A DNA stretch of 64,000 bases, taken from the NCBI RefSeq assembly GCF_963921235.1, contig NC_086108.1, positions 71,860,001-71,924,000 on the forward strand, in the 5' to 3' direction. Both the position numbers and the translations under genes were made by a program. This document shows positions 9,646 through 21,901 of this stretch, in pieces. The stretch's first letter is position 1. Each line of letters opens with the position of its first letter. Origin of the DNA: Mobula hypostoma (taxonomy: Eukaryota). The notes below the pieces were generated by a model. The model ran no database searches. It was not told the origin of the DNA and saw only the letters and a list, made by a program, of their open reading frames with translations.

Positions 9646-12431
9646 AGATTGGACTCCCTACTGAAACGACCTCTCACCCCTTCAGCATCGCAGCCATTGA
9701 CAGATGTCCCTTGGGGTCTGGGCCAGTTCAAGCCTGGTTGGAACTCACTGTGAACTCATCCAATTCCTCCTGATCAACTGACCCAGCACTCTGCTCACCT
9801 TGGTTACCTTTGGCTCTCCGCTCACAACCCTCTCTTCCCCTGGTCACCCGGTTCACTGCTGAGCTGGGGACCCACCTGCCTGCAGTCTCAGTTGACTTCA
9901 CCCCGTAAATCCGCGGAGACGGGAAAACCCTCGACCTCACCAAACTCCCAGAGGAAAACGTCGACTTTGCCATTGCCTTCAGTAAAAGGAGAGGCAGCAC
10001 TCTGCCACCCTCATAGACTTCACGACTGCACAGTTGACCTCCTCCCTCCTGAGACCCCAACCATGAATGACTACATCCCGGAAGTGCTACAGAACAACTC
10101 CGTTTGACCATCCCAGTTTACAGCCAGTGTAGGATTCTTCTTTGTTAAAAAGAAAGATGGGGGTCTCCGACCTTCCATTGACCACTGTGGGCTCAGTTGA
10201 ATTACCATTAAAAACCACCAGCCGCTCCCCTGGATGATAGCGCTTTTGAAGCACCCCGTGGGCTCAGATATTCACCAAACTGGATTTATGTAGCACATAT
10301 AACCTGATCTACACCTGCCGGGGGACGATTGGGAGACAGCTTTCATAACACCCACTGACCGCTATGAATACTCGGGTGATGTCTTTTGGATTTTCCAACA
10401 CTCCAGCTGTTTTCCAAGCCTTCAATAACAAGATCCTCTGAGATATGCTACACAAATATGTGTTCGTCTACCTCAATGATGTATTCATCTTATCCAAGAA
10501 TCTCCAAGGTCACATCTTCATGTCCATTCAGTCCTTCAGCATCTCCTTGAAAACCAACTCGCCAAGTTACTGCTCCTCTTACCTTCCTCTCCAATGCACT
10601 TACCTTGCTGATAACCTGGTTTGCTGACGCAGACCGCACTTTTGAGGAGCTCAAGAGGGGCTGAACCATTGCTACCATCCTCTGCCAACCAAACCCCTCC
10701 AGGCCTTCTGTGGTAGAGGTGAATGCATCTGACATGAGTGCTGGGTCCTTCCTCTCCCAGCAAGGAGTGGATTGGAAGATGCACCTTTGTGCCTTCCTCT
10801 CACGCAAGCTCAATCCTGAACAGCACTGTTATGGGCCTTGGAGAAATAGAGACATTGGTTGATGGGTAACATTGAAACACTGAACCTTTCCTGATCTGGA
10901 CTGACCACCAGAACCTCATATCGATACAACAGTCCTGCCAACTCAACCGCCATCAGGCTCGCTGCACCTTCTTCTTCGAGCAATTCAACTTCTCCATGTC
11001 CTACCAACCCGGTTCCAAGAAGACGAAGGCGGACGCCCTGTCACGACAGTTCAATCCAGCTGAAATGGAGACCGACCCTCAACCTATCATCCCATCCTCT
11101 CAGATCCCTGTTGCTGTCATCTGGGACCTTGAGAACCAGATCTGCCAGGCCCTCCAATATGAGCCTGGTCCTGCCAACTCACCTGACAACCTCATGCACA
11201 TACTTGAGGTCATGCACTGTGACGCACTCCAGTGGGCCAGGTCCCCACTCCCCACCCTTCTCCGACCACCCGGACGCACAATGGACTCTGTATTTTCTGC
11301 AATGCTGCTTCTGGCGGCACACCGTCATCACAAATAGACATTAGTTCATTGCTGCTGGCCCTCAGTGTGCCTGGTGCAATTTCTCTAATCAGCAGGCTTC
11401 TGGGCTCCTGTGGCCCCCTACCGGTCCCTCAACGCCTGTTGTCCCATATCGTCGTGGATTTCATCAGGGACTTGCCTCCTTCCCATAGGCCCATGGTGAT
11501 CATGACAGTGGTGGACTGGTTATCCAAAGTGGCCTACTTCATTGCCCTTCCCAATCTTCCGTCAGCCACTGAGACGACAAACCTGATTCTCCCACGTGTA
11601 GTTCATCGCTATGGTTTCCCTCGGGACATTGTGTTGGGTTGGCGTCCACAATTTGCCTCCCTGTTTCTGGCGAGCCGTCTGCTTCCCCCTCCACACCTCA
11701 GTGAGTCTGTCCTCTGGCTATCATCCGCAGACTCACAGACAGCCAGAAAGAGCCAATCTGCCATTGGAGACATTTCTGCAATGCTTTGCTGCCTCTAACC
11801 ATTCCACATGGCTGACCAGTCCTACAATCTACATACCTCCACTGCCACCGATAGGTCACCCTTTGAAATGCCCCACTGTCCCCGCGGAGGTTCTGTTATC
11901 CCGGGCCCTGGTTTACCGCTGCTAGAATGCTCGGAGGAGGGCACAGAGGGCCAGCCTGGCTGCCAACCACTCCTACTGTTGCTAGTCCAACCACCGTCGG
12001 CAGCCAGGGAGATTACTCCGGCCCGGGGAACGTGCTGACTGTCCACCCGAGATCTGCCCCTGCGCACCGACTCCTGCAAGCTCTCGTCCCGGGTCCCATC
12101 GCATCAATCCAGTCACTTACCGTCTCCATCTGCCACCGTCCCTCGGGATCACACCCACCTCTCGTGTCCTGTCTCAAGCCTGTTGTCTATGGAGCACTCA
12201 ACCCAAGCTGAGCCTGTGCCTCCAGAACAGAGTATGGTGGAAGGTGGTCCAGGGTACATGATTCGCCAGTTGATGGATTCACATCACCGTGGAAGGGGTG
12301 CCTGGTCAACCAGAAGTCTTGGGTGCCGTCCGGTTACACCTTTGATCCATCGATCATCAAGGAGTTCCTCTCAACCCATCAGATTGAGCTGGGCTGTTGG
12401 GGACTGACTGTGGAGGAGGGGAGGGGGTTCC

Positions 12432-12747
12432 TGTTAGGCCTGCTCCCTCAGGCACCTCCCAGTCTCCATCCAGGATTCACCTAATGCTCATTCCAGACTC
12501 TACCTGCAGCCTGGTTAACCCCAGTTCTCATCTGTGGAACTTGTTCACTCATTGAACTAGCCAGCCCCAGCCAGTTGCTCCTCACTTTCACCTTCCTTGT
12601 CTAAAGTTTACCTCGTTGCCTGTTGTGTTGAGCTTCTGTTCTCTCTTGTTTTGTGGCCCTTCATGGCTTGTTACTTAGCTATTAAATTTATTGCTTACTG
12701 CTAAGTTGTCTCCACTTTGGGTCAAGCCTCCTCTGTATTTCCTGACA
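12432..12747 (+). repeat. 3' LTR of the chromovirus-like element
   Basis: tgttagg...cctgaca, preceded by polypurine tract ggaggaggggaggggg. Confidence 0.88.
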
Positions 12748-12999
12748 TATTTTCCAGCTTTGTCAAATTTAGATAAAGCTGTAAGATGAGCAAATCTTTA
12801 GCAGCAGTACGAAGGAAAAGAGCAGTAAGGAGAGAGGTCTGTATCTGATGTAGATTGCCATGATCGAAGCAAAAGCAAAATTAAAAAAAATGGAAAATAA
12901 CAGTTGATACAGAGCAGTTCAGTGGCTTTGAGGGACAAGAGTGACAAATGTTGGGACTGCTTTGAAATAGAGAGGCAAAAATGAAAAAAAAATAGAAAA

Positions 13000-13086
13000 A
13001 GATGAAAATGCCTAGCAGGTCAGACAGAAACTGTGGAGTGAAAAACAGAATTACTGTTTCAGACCAGTGACCTTTAATCAGAATGT
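13000..13086 (-). mobile_element. Old Penelope-terminus-related fragment with a degenerate hammerhead-like motif
   Basis: Minus strand ctgattaaaggtcactggtctgaaacagta followed by ttttcactccacag..tctgacctgct, resembling the younger copies. Confidence 0.45.
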
Positions 13087-15899
13087 TCTTATTGATTCTC
13101 AGTGAAGTGTGGATCTGATATTTCCTGATATTACATCCTTGCTCCCCATTGCCAAACTTACTCTTACCAGATACAAAAAGACGATCTTGTTTGCACAGGG
13201 CTACTAGGAGCCAGGTGTGGACATAGAGTTACGTGGACAGACCAGAATAAGCCCCAAAAGAAACCTCCTCTGAAGACCTATTATGGCCACCAACGTCAAG
13301 CCCCTGCTCAGCAGTCGGAGAAGTGATTAAGGTCACTTGGTAAGTTGCAAGCAATCTTAGTGACAAAGTAGCATCCAGAAACATTTATGTTTTCTTTTTC
13401 AAAATTGAAGTAAATGATGGCATTTAAAAGTATTTTTGAAAAAAAGGAAAAACCTATTAAACAAACCCCTATTTTTTCCTAAAATGCACATGGACTGATA
13501 ATCCACATTCAATTGAAAGGTCTGACCAAGAAATGAAGGCTGAGATCAGTGGTGAGTTTGGGACTTGCACTGAGAAATGCCAGCAATTCCACATGGAATA
13601 GCCGACAAAATCCAGCAAAATACAGACTATATTGTGTTGAAGACACTTTTGGTATGCAGCTGTGACAAAAAGTCATGGAATTTGACATTGCAGAGCTCAT
13701 GTGGCCAGTTACCTGTTAAAAATATGAATTCTTAAGGTCAATAGATATTAGAAAACTGCATTCCCACAGGTTATCTGGCTGAGACATTCACTGATTTAAA
13801 CCTTGCATCCTCATTTAAAAATGAACTTCCCTGGTTGTACTGCTAATATCATCAGGATTATCAAAATATTTGCTGCTGTCCCTTTGAAATCCTTATTGCT
13901 ATTAAATCCAACCATGAAAAGAAATACTGATGCTAATTCTTCTTATTTCTAAACTTTGATATGATATTATAGAGCTTGTTTCATAATAATTTGTTTCTCA
14001 AGTTATTATCTGGAAACTTAACAACTGTAGCAGTTCTTTAATCTTTTATACTTTAGAAGTGAATGAACAGAATTGCTAATTCTATGACAAAAGAAGAGCA
14101 AATAATGTTGCCTTTTGCCCAGCAGATTGAATAGAAGAGCATTTAATTATCATTGCAGTGTACTTTGTTCCATGCTACAGCCAGCACTGGCCAAATGCAG
14201 TCCAATTAACCTTCAAGTCCTTCACCTTTTAATGGATCGTATAGCAGAAGAGCTCATTAGAAAGTCCACTAAATCTAATGGTGTGATAAGAGATCAAATT
14301 TCAGTCACTCTGCCTCAGTCAGAATTTTTGTTCATCATGATCATATTCATAACACAAAGGGCAACCGATTTGCACTGTCTTTGGTCGAGTATGAAACAAT
14401 TAGCACTGGATGACTTTTAGATGCAGTTGCTCTCTTTCTCTTAGCCTATAATAATCACTTATCTCTGCTTTCTTCACGACAGCTCAGAGTAAAGCGTAGT
14501 GGTCCGCTGGCTTCTGTAATATATGGTTATGGGCACTGACACTACACTCTGCTAAAGCCAATGGCAGATGTGTGTTTTGTTTCCCAATTTCCCTGGAAAG
14601 GCAGTCCCTGAAATCACTCATAGTTAGTTTTTAGATAATATTCAAAGTCAATAGATTTAGTCATAAATTGCATTTCATGCAATTTTCTTTTTGCTAGCTT
14701 GGTAACTAAAGATATTTTTCTGCTTATTTTCAGAGGCCATTGAATAAAAATTCTAGGTTCTATTTACATAAGATTATATAATAATCCTTCAAACTCTAGC
14801 CTCTAGTTCTAATTTGGCTCATAATTTCCTGGGCACCATAAGAATAATTGGTCACAGTGAAGGTGCCCTGCTTAGCTGACAGGAGCCATTAATTGCTCTG
14901 ACTCTGCTGCTGGCAGTCATATTATCTGTGTGACGCAGTTGGTTTTGAGAGGTACCTGCATTCAGAGAGGTTCACAAACTAATCCCTTTTGGTATATGTT
15001 AGGACCACTTAGACTGGAGCTTATTTTTATACTCATAAGAGGCTGAACCCAACCAACAAACCATTTACTAAAAAAAAATTGTATGAAAACTCTTAATTAA
15101 AATGAAAATGATTTTGACTCTTTGATATATCATGATCCAATGGGGACAATTTTCAAGGAGATTCTTTAAAAACCTTACATAATTTGGCATCTTCCTTTTA
15201 CTGCTTAGATGAAGGTACTGAAAAATTGTCTTCTTGTACATCAAAATTGCAATAGCAAACTTCAAACTTGCTTGACAATTGCATCTTGGGCAATTATAAA
15301 AGGATTTATTTATATATTTGACCGCTTAAACAAAGAAAACCAATGATAACCTTTAGCAGTAGTCTCCTGCACGGTGAAACATATACTTTGTCTGACTAAT
15401 TCATATCATTACAATTACTTTTTCACATGATCAGTTTAAAATTATTTATTTTAATATATTTTTTTATTTGTTGCATATTCAGTAAAGGAGTTTCCCAGAA
15501 ATAGCATAGATAAAATGGTACACAAAACAAATTCTGTAGTCTATTTTTTATTTTAAAATAAGCTGTTAAAGTGAAGAACTAAATTTACATGCTTCTGAAG
15601 TGACAAAATCAGCGAAGCATCTTACTTCAAAGATTATCTCAGTCACTCTTACAGTACTTCTGTCTTCATTTCCTATAATGACATCAGCACTCGCCTTACC
15701 TTTGTATGAAGTTAATTATATATTTTGCAGAATAAATCTGATTGTGCACAACAGAAAAAAATCTCACAGCAGAGTTACAATGTACTTTTGATAAGAGAAC
15801 TAATGTTGAAAAGAATACCACCAAAGCACTGGAGGAACTTGTTTTCTTTAAATTAAACATTTTTACCCTTTGTTCATTTTCTGTTGCCCCAATAGCCCT

Positions 15900-16212
15900 T
15901 TAGTTGAGTGCTCAATCCAAAATGCTTTTTGCAAGATTTGATAAACACCAGACTGGGGTAAGATTTAAATGAGACCCGGTTGGGTGGGGGGGGAGTTTTT
16001 CACACAGGGGATACTGTGTACAGTATAGGAAACGTGCTTCCAGAGGATGTGTACAGTGTATATTTACAACAATAAAAAAGATATCTGGACAGGTTGATAG
16101 ATAGGGAAGGTATATGGAGCCAATGTAGGAAATTAAGAACAGTTTAGGGTGGCCCTTTGGTTGGCATGGATGCACTGGGCTTGTTTCTGTGTTGTATTCC
16201 TCTCCGACTCTG
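15900..16212 (+). mobile_element. Old CR1 3' fragment
   Basis: tttttcacacagggg..ctggacagg..ttggcatggatgcactgggc..tgtttctgtgttgta resembles CR1 ORF2 end and 3' UTR. Confidence 0.6.
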
Positions 16213-16214
16213 TC

Positions 16215-16720
16215 ATATCCAACCTGATGTCACCATTAAAAACTTCCTCTCCTTCTCTCTTTCAGCATTCCAAAAGAATTATTCTTTCTGGGACATCCTG
16301 GATCACTTTTTCATCTTTTGCACTGTTCTGTCCCCTTTTCATGGTGCTTTCACGTCTCATGGCAGGTGATGCAACACCTACCCTTACACCTCCTCTCTTC
16401 CTGCCATCCAGGGACTCAAGCATTTTTTTCTGGGTGAAGCAACAGTCTTCTGTTGGCTTCATGTACTCAATCTGGTGCTCTTTATCTGGCCTCATCTGGG
16501 AACCGGAAAGCAGACTGAGTGACCATATGGCAGAACACTTCCATTCAATCACTAAGGGTGACTCTGAGTTTACAGTTTCTGTCCGTTTAAATGCCCATCC
16601 CTTTCTACTTTGTCATTGGCCTCCAACGCTGTTCAATGAAGCTCAATTTATCCTTAAAGAATAACACCTCATCTTCTGCCTAAGCATGTTGCAACCTTCC
16701 AGACATAGTAATGAGTTCAG
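16215..16720 (+). mobile_element. Penelope-like element, decayed GIY-YIG endonuclease region
   Basis: MYSIWCSLSGLIWEPESRLSDHMAEHFHSI..TVSVRLN is a degenerate YCIRC..CGL.YIGET.RRL.DRFAEH..PVA.HFN; followed by EAQ..L.E.HLIF.L..LQP. Confidence 0.7.
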
Positions 16721-16721
16721 C

Positions 16722-17018
16722 ATACCATCAGGCTCAAGAACAGCTTCGACCCCAGTATTATAGGAGTATTAATGGTTCCCTAGTATGACATGATGCACTC
16801 TTGACCCCACAATTTATCTCATTGTTATCTTGCCCCTATTGATTACCTGTGCTACATTTTCTCTGGAACTATTCCACTTCATTCTGCGTTATTGTTTTAT
16901 CTTGTTCTACCTCAATACATTGTGTAAAGATCTGTTCTGCATGAACAGTACAGCAGACAAGCTTTTCACTGTATCTCAGTAAATGTGACAAAAATAAACC
17001 AATTCCAATTCTAATTCC
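16722..17018 (+). mobile_element. Rex1-type 3' end
   Basis: accatcaggctcaagaacagcttc (T.RLKNSF) then a UTR ending aataaaccaattccaattctaattcc. Confidence 0.6.
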
Positions 17019-17286
17019 AGTTTGTGATATCTAGCCTTTCTGGTCTTCATCCAATTCCACATCCTGCCTTCTGTTCTTTCTGTTTCTCCCCCACCAACGT
17101 CTGCTCACCATGCCCATTCCTCCCAGCTATTGGGAACTTCTAAACCCCAATTCCTTCAGTGCTACTTAGGACTTGTTTTATTTCTAACTTTACTCAGTTA
17201 AAAAGTTTAAAAAGTTTGTCTGTTTGGCGAGGTAAGTGGGTGAGTAGACTTATTTTTCCTGTTTCATTCGTGTAGAATTAGATAGC

Positions 17287-18222
17287 ATGCCTACAGGGTT
17301 AGTGCTTTGTTCAGGGTGTCAGATGCGGGAATCCTGGGAGACTTCCAGCCTCCCTGATGGCCACATCTGCGCCAGGTGCACTGAGTTGCAGCTCCTCAGA
17401 GACCGTGTTAGGGATCTGGAGCTGCAGCTTGATGACCCAGTGCTTATCAGGGAAAGTGAAGAGGTGATAGACAGGAGCTACTGGGAGGTAGTCATCCCTA
17501 GGCTACAGGAGTCAGAACACTGGGTCACTGTCAAGAGAGGGAAGGGAAATGCCCGGATAGTGGAGAGCACACCTGTGGCTGTCCCCCTCAGCAACAAATA
17601 TCTTGTTCTGGATGCTGTTGAGGGGGATGTCCTGACGGGGGACGCCCACGGTGAACGGGTCTCTGGCACTGAGCCTGGCGTTGTTGTACAGGAGAGAAGG
17701 AGGGTGAAGAGAAATGCGGTAGTCGTGGGGGATTCCATAGTCAGGGGAACAGACAGGAGACTCTGTGAGCCTGACAGAGATACCCGCATGGTGTGTTGCC
17801 TCCCAGGTGCCAGGGTACGGGATGTCTCGGATCAGGTCCTGAATATTCTAAAGGGGGAGGGTGAGCAGCCAGTTGTCTTGGTACATGTTGGTACCAATGA
17901 CATAGATAGGACAAAGGAGGAGGTCCTGAAGAGAGATTTCCAGGAGTTAGGAAGGAAGCTGAGAAGCAGGACCTCCAGGGTAGTAATCTCGGGATTGCTA
18001 CCTGTGCCACGTGCTAGCGAGGGCAAGAGTAGTCGGATCAGGCAGATGAATGCCTGGCTGAGAGACTGGTGTAGGGGGCAGGGCTTCAGATTCTTGGATC
18101 ATTGGGATCTCTACTGGGGGAAGTATGACCTGTTCAAAAAGGACAGGTTACACCTGAACCCGAAGGGGACCAATATCCTGGCGGGAAAGTTTAATAGAGC
18201 TGTTAGGGAGGGTTTAAACTAA
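17287..18222 (+). CDS. CR1 ORF1 protein (zinc finger, coiled coil, SGNH esterase)
   Basis: Uninterrupted 311 aa; CSGC...HICARC; heptad LQLLRDRVRDLELQL; SGNH blocks VVGDSIV, LPGAR, HVGTND and D.LHLN..G. Confidence 0.92.
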   Translation: MPTGLVLCSGCQMRESWETSSLPDGHICARCTELQLLRDRVRDLELQLDDPVLIRESEEVIDRSYWEVVIPRLQESEHWVTVKRGKGNARIVESTPVAVPLSNKYLVLDAVEGDVLTGDAHGERVSGTEPGVVVQERRRVKRNAVVVGDSIVRGTDRRLCEPDRDTRMVCCLPGARVRDVSDQVLNILKGEGEQPVVLVHVGTNDIDRTKEEVLKRDFQELGRKLRSRTSRVVISGLLPVPRASEGKSSRIRQMNAWLRDWCRGQGFRFLDHWDLYWGKYDLFKKDRLHLNPKGTNILAGKFNRAVREGLN

Positions 18223-18290
18223 TTTGGCAGGGGGATAGGAACTGGAATGATAGAGCGGAGGAAGGGGAAAACAGAAATAAATCTAAGATA

Positions 18291-21205
18291 GTGAGCAGTA
18301 AAGATGTCAGGAAAGACAGGCAGGTGATGGGGCAAATGTGTAGCCATTGGGATGAGTTGCAGTGCAATAAAGTTGCAGGGAAATCAAAGCAAAAAGTATC
18401 AAATACTGGTCTTAAGGTGTTGTACTTAAATGCACGCAGCATAAGAAATAAGGTGGATGATCTTGTTGTACAGCTACAGATTGGCAGGTATGATATTGTG
18501 GCCATCACTGCGACCTGGCTAAAGGATGCATGTCTCTGGGAGCTGAATGTCCAAGGATACACGGTGTATCGGAAGGATAGGAAGGTAGGCAGAGGGGGAG
18601 GCATGGCTTTATTGGTAAGAAATGATATTAAATCATTAGATAGAGGTGATATAGGATCGGAAGGTGCAGAATCTTTATGGGTTGAGCTAAGGCATAGCAG
18701 GGGTAAAAGGACCCTGATGGCAGTTATTTATAGGCCTCCAAACAGCTGCAGGGATGTGGACTACAAATTACAACAGGAAATAGAAAAGGCTTGTCAGAAG
18801 GGCAGTGTTATGATAATTGTGGGGGATTTTAACATGCGAGTAGATTGGAAAAATCAGGTTGGCACTGGATCTCAAGAGAGAGAATTTGTAGAATGTCTGC
18901 GAGATGGCTTTTTAGAACAGCTTGTTGTTGAGCCCACTAGGGGATCGGCTGTACTGGATTGGGTATTGTGTAATGAACCGGAGGTGATTAGAGAGATTGA
19001 GGTGAAAGAACCCTTAGGAGACAGTGATCATAACATGATTGAGTTCACTGTGAAATTAGAAAAGAGAAGCCGAAATCTGATGTGTCGGTGTTTCAGTGGA
19101 GTAAAGGAAACTACAGTGGCATGAGGGAGGAACTGGCCAAAGTTGACTGGAAAGAGACACTGGTGGGAAAGATGGCAGAGCAGCAGTGGCTGGAGTTTAT
19201 GCGAGAAATGAGGAATGTGCAAGACAGGTATATTCCAAAAAAGAAGAAATTTTCAAGTGGAAAAAGGATGCAATCGTGGTTGACAAGAGAAGTCAAAGCC
19301 AAAGTTAAAGCTAAGGAGAGGGCATACAAGAAAGCAAAAATTAGTGGGAAGACAGAGGATTGGGAAGTCTTTAAACCCTTACAAAAGGAAACCAAGAAGG
19401 TCATTAAGAGAGAAAAGATTAACTATGAAAGGAAACTAGCAAATAATATCAAAGAGGATACTAAAAGCTTTTTCAAGTATATAAAGAGTAAAAGACAGGT
19501 GAGAGTAGATATAGGACCGATAGAAAATGATACTGGAGAAATTGTAATGGGAGATGAGGAGATGGCAGAGGAACTGAACAAGTATTTTGCATCAGTCTTC
19601 ACTGAGGAAGACAGCAGGATACCGGACACTCAAGGGTGGCAGGGAAGAGAATTGTGCGCAGTCACAATTACGACAGAGAAAGTACTCAGGAAGCTGAATA
19701 GGCTAAAGGTCGATAAATCTCCTGGACCAGATGGAATGCACCTTCATGTTCTGAAGGAAGTAGCTGTGGAGATTGCGGAGGCATTAGCGATGATCTTTCA
19801 AAAGTCGATAGATTCTGGCATGGTTCCGGAAGACTGGAAGATTGCAAATGTCACTCCGCTATTTAAGAAGGGGGCAAGGAAGCAAAAAGGAAATTATAGA
19901 CCTGTTAGCTTGACGTCGGTGGTTGGGAAGTTGTTGGAGTCGATTGTCAAGGATGGGGTTACAGAGTACCTGGAGGCATATGACAAGATAGGCAGAACTC
20001 AGCATGGATTCCTTAAAGGAAAATCCTGCCTGACAAACCTATTACAATTTTTTGAGGAAATTACCAGTAGGCTAGACAAGGGAGATACAGTGGATGTTGT
20101 ATATTTGGATTTTCAGAAGGCCTTTGACAAGGTGCCACACATGAGACTGCTTAACAAGATAAGAGCCCATGGAATTACAGGAAAGTTACATACGTGGATA
20201 GAGTGTTGGCTGATTGGCAGGAAACAGAGAGTGGGAATAAAGGGATCCTATTCTGGTTGGCTGCCGGTTACCAGTGGTTTTCCACAGGGATCAGTGTTGG
20301 GGCCGCTTCTTTTTACATTGTACATCAACGATTTGGATTATGGAATAGATGGCTTTGTGGCTAAGTTTGCTGACGATACGAAGATAGGTGGAGGGGCCGG
20401 TAGTGCTGAGGAAACGGAGAGTCTGCAGAGAGACTTGGATAGATTGGAAGAATGGGCAGAGAAGTGGCAAATGAAGTACAATGTTGGAAAGTGTATGGTT
20501 ATGCACTTTGGCAGAAAAAATAAATGGGCAGACTATTATTTAAATGGGGAAAGAATTCAAAGTTCTGAGATGCAACGGGACTTGGGAGTCCTTGTACAGG
20601 ATTCCCTTAAAGTTAACCTCCAGGTTGAGTCGGTAGTGAAGAAGGCGAATGCAATGTTGGCATTCATTTCTAGAGGAATAGAGTATAGGAGCAGGGATGT
20701 GATTTTGAGGCTCTATAAGGCGCTGGTGAGACCTCACTTGGAGTACTGTGGGCAGTTTTGGTCTCCCTATTTAAGAAAGGATGTGCTGACGTTGGAGAGG
20801 GTACAGAGAAGATTCACTAGAATGATTCCAGGAATGAGAGGGTTAACATATGAGGAACGTTTGTCCGCTCTTGGACTGTATTCCTTGGAGTTTAGAAGAA
20901 TGAGGGGGGACCTCATAGAAACATTTCGAATGTTAAAAGGCATGGACAGAGTGGATGTGGCAAAGTTGTTTCCCATGATGGGGGAGTCTAGTACGAGAGG
21001 GCATGACTTCAGGACTGAAGGGCGCCCTTTCAGAACAGAAATGCGAAAAAATTTTTTTAGTCAGAGGGTGGTGAATCTATGGAACTTGTTGCCACGGGCA
21101 GCAGTGGAGGCCAAGTCATTGGGTGTATTTAAGGCAGAGATTGATAGGTATCTGAGTAGCCAGGGCATCAAAGGTTATGGTGAGAAGGCGGGGGAGTGGG
21201 ACTAA
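18291..21205 (+). pseudogene. CR1 ORF2 (APE endonuclease plus reverse transcriptase), split by one frameshift near 19060
   Basis: EN motifs YLNARS, IYRPP, VGDFN, LDWVL and SDH; RT motifs [34 protein letters not shown] and KFADD; one extra A in the 19060-19063 run would fuse 18291-19124 with 19082-21205. Confidence 0.92.
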
Positions 21206-21901
21206 ATAGGATAAAATGGATCAGCTCATGATAAAACGGAAGAGCAGACTCGATGGGCCGAATGGCCTACTTCTGCTCCTTTGTCTGATGGTCTTATGGT
21301 CTTATGATGAAAGCTCAATTTTTCTCTCTCTGCAGATGCTACCTGAATTATTGAGTGTTCCTGGCATTTTATGCCTCTCAGTAAACCTGTAAACTTCTTT
21401 TGGTCGCTAGCATCAAATACTCTTATTTGTTACTCTTACATTCCTCTGTTAAATATTGATCACATGGGGATACAAGTAGAACCAAAATGTATATTTTGTA
21501 TTTCCATTTTTTCAGCTGGTCACTTTAAGAAAGCTTAAAGAAATTAAAAATTAGGTACTCTAATATTTTGAATGAAATAGGCTAAAATATTTACAAACAG
21601 ATGGAAAGTGTTGCAAAATTTTATGTTAATGGTAGCAATGTCAGTTTAATTTATGAACAGTAGCAGTAGCATAATTCCTATTAAAGTGAACATATTTTCT
21701 TTAAATAAAAACCATCATAATAGGATCCAGATTGTACACCAAATTTTGCAGCATTCTTTTTCTTGAAAGAGTAACTTGTAAAGAGCTGTCATGAAGACTT
21801 CCTCATTTGGTGAAATTATTTTAGTAAATCCTTTGTTCTGATCTTGATAAAGAATGCCTTATATCAAATGTTCTTTACATTAAATTTTCATTCTGTTATG
21901 T

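Larger units (their letters stand above)
8171..12747 (+). mobile_element. Ty3/Gypsy chromovirus-like (sushi-type) LTR retrotransposon, decayed
   Basis: Paired LTRs; gag [40 protein letters not shown] and FVYLNDVFI; RNase H VEVNASD and YQPGSKKTKADALSR; integrase SHIVVDFIRDLPPS..VVDWLSKVAYFIALP; chromodomain-like VEGGPGYMIRQLMDS; purine tract before the 3' LTR. Confidence 0.9.
17200..21306 (+). mobile_element. Near-intact full-length CR1 LINE
   Basis: ORF1, ORF2, 3' UTR and (atggtctt)n tail at 21288-21306; 5' boundary approximate. Confidence 0.95.

Noticed and set aside
9228..9773. Gly/Glu/Arg-rich and Pro/Leu-rich ORFs
   Set aside because: Translations of the C/T low-complexity tract
17287..18222. 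Host SGNH lipase/esterase gene
   Set aside because: Intronless, directly upstream of APE-RT and repeated in other CR1 copies; it is CR1 ORF1
19055..19085. Programmed ribosomal frameshift in CR1 ORF2
   Set aside because: CR1 ORF2 is normally one frame; a single-base loss in an A-run explains it
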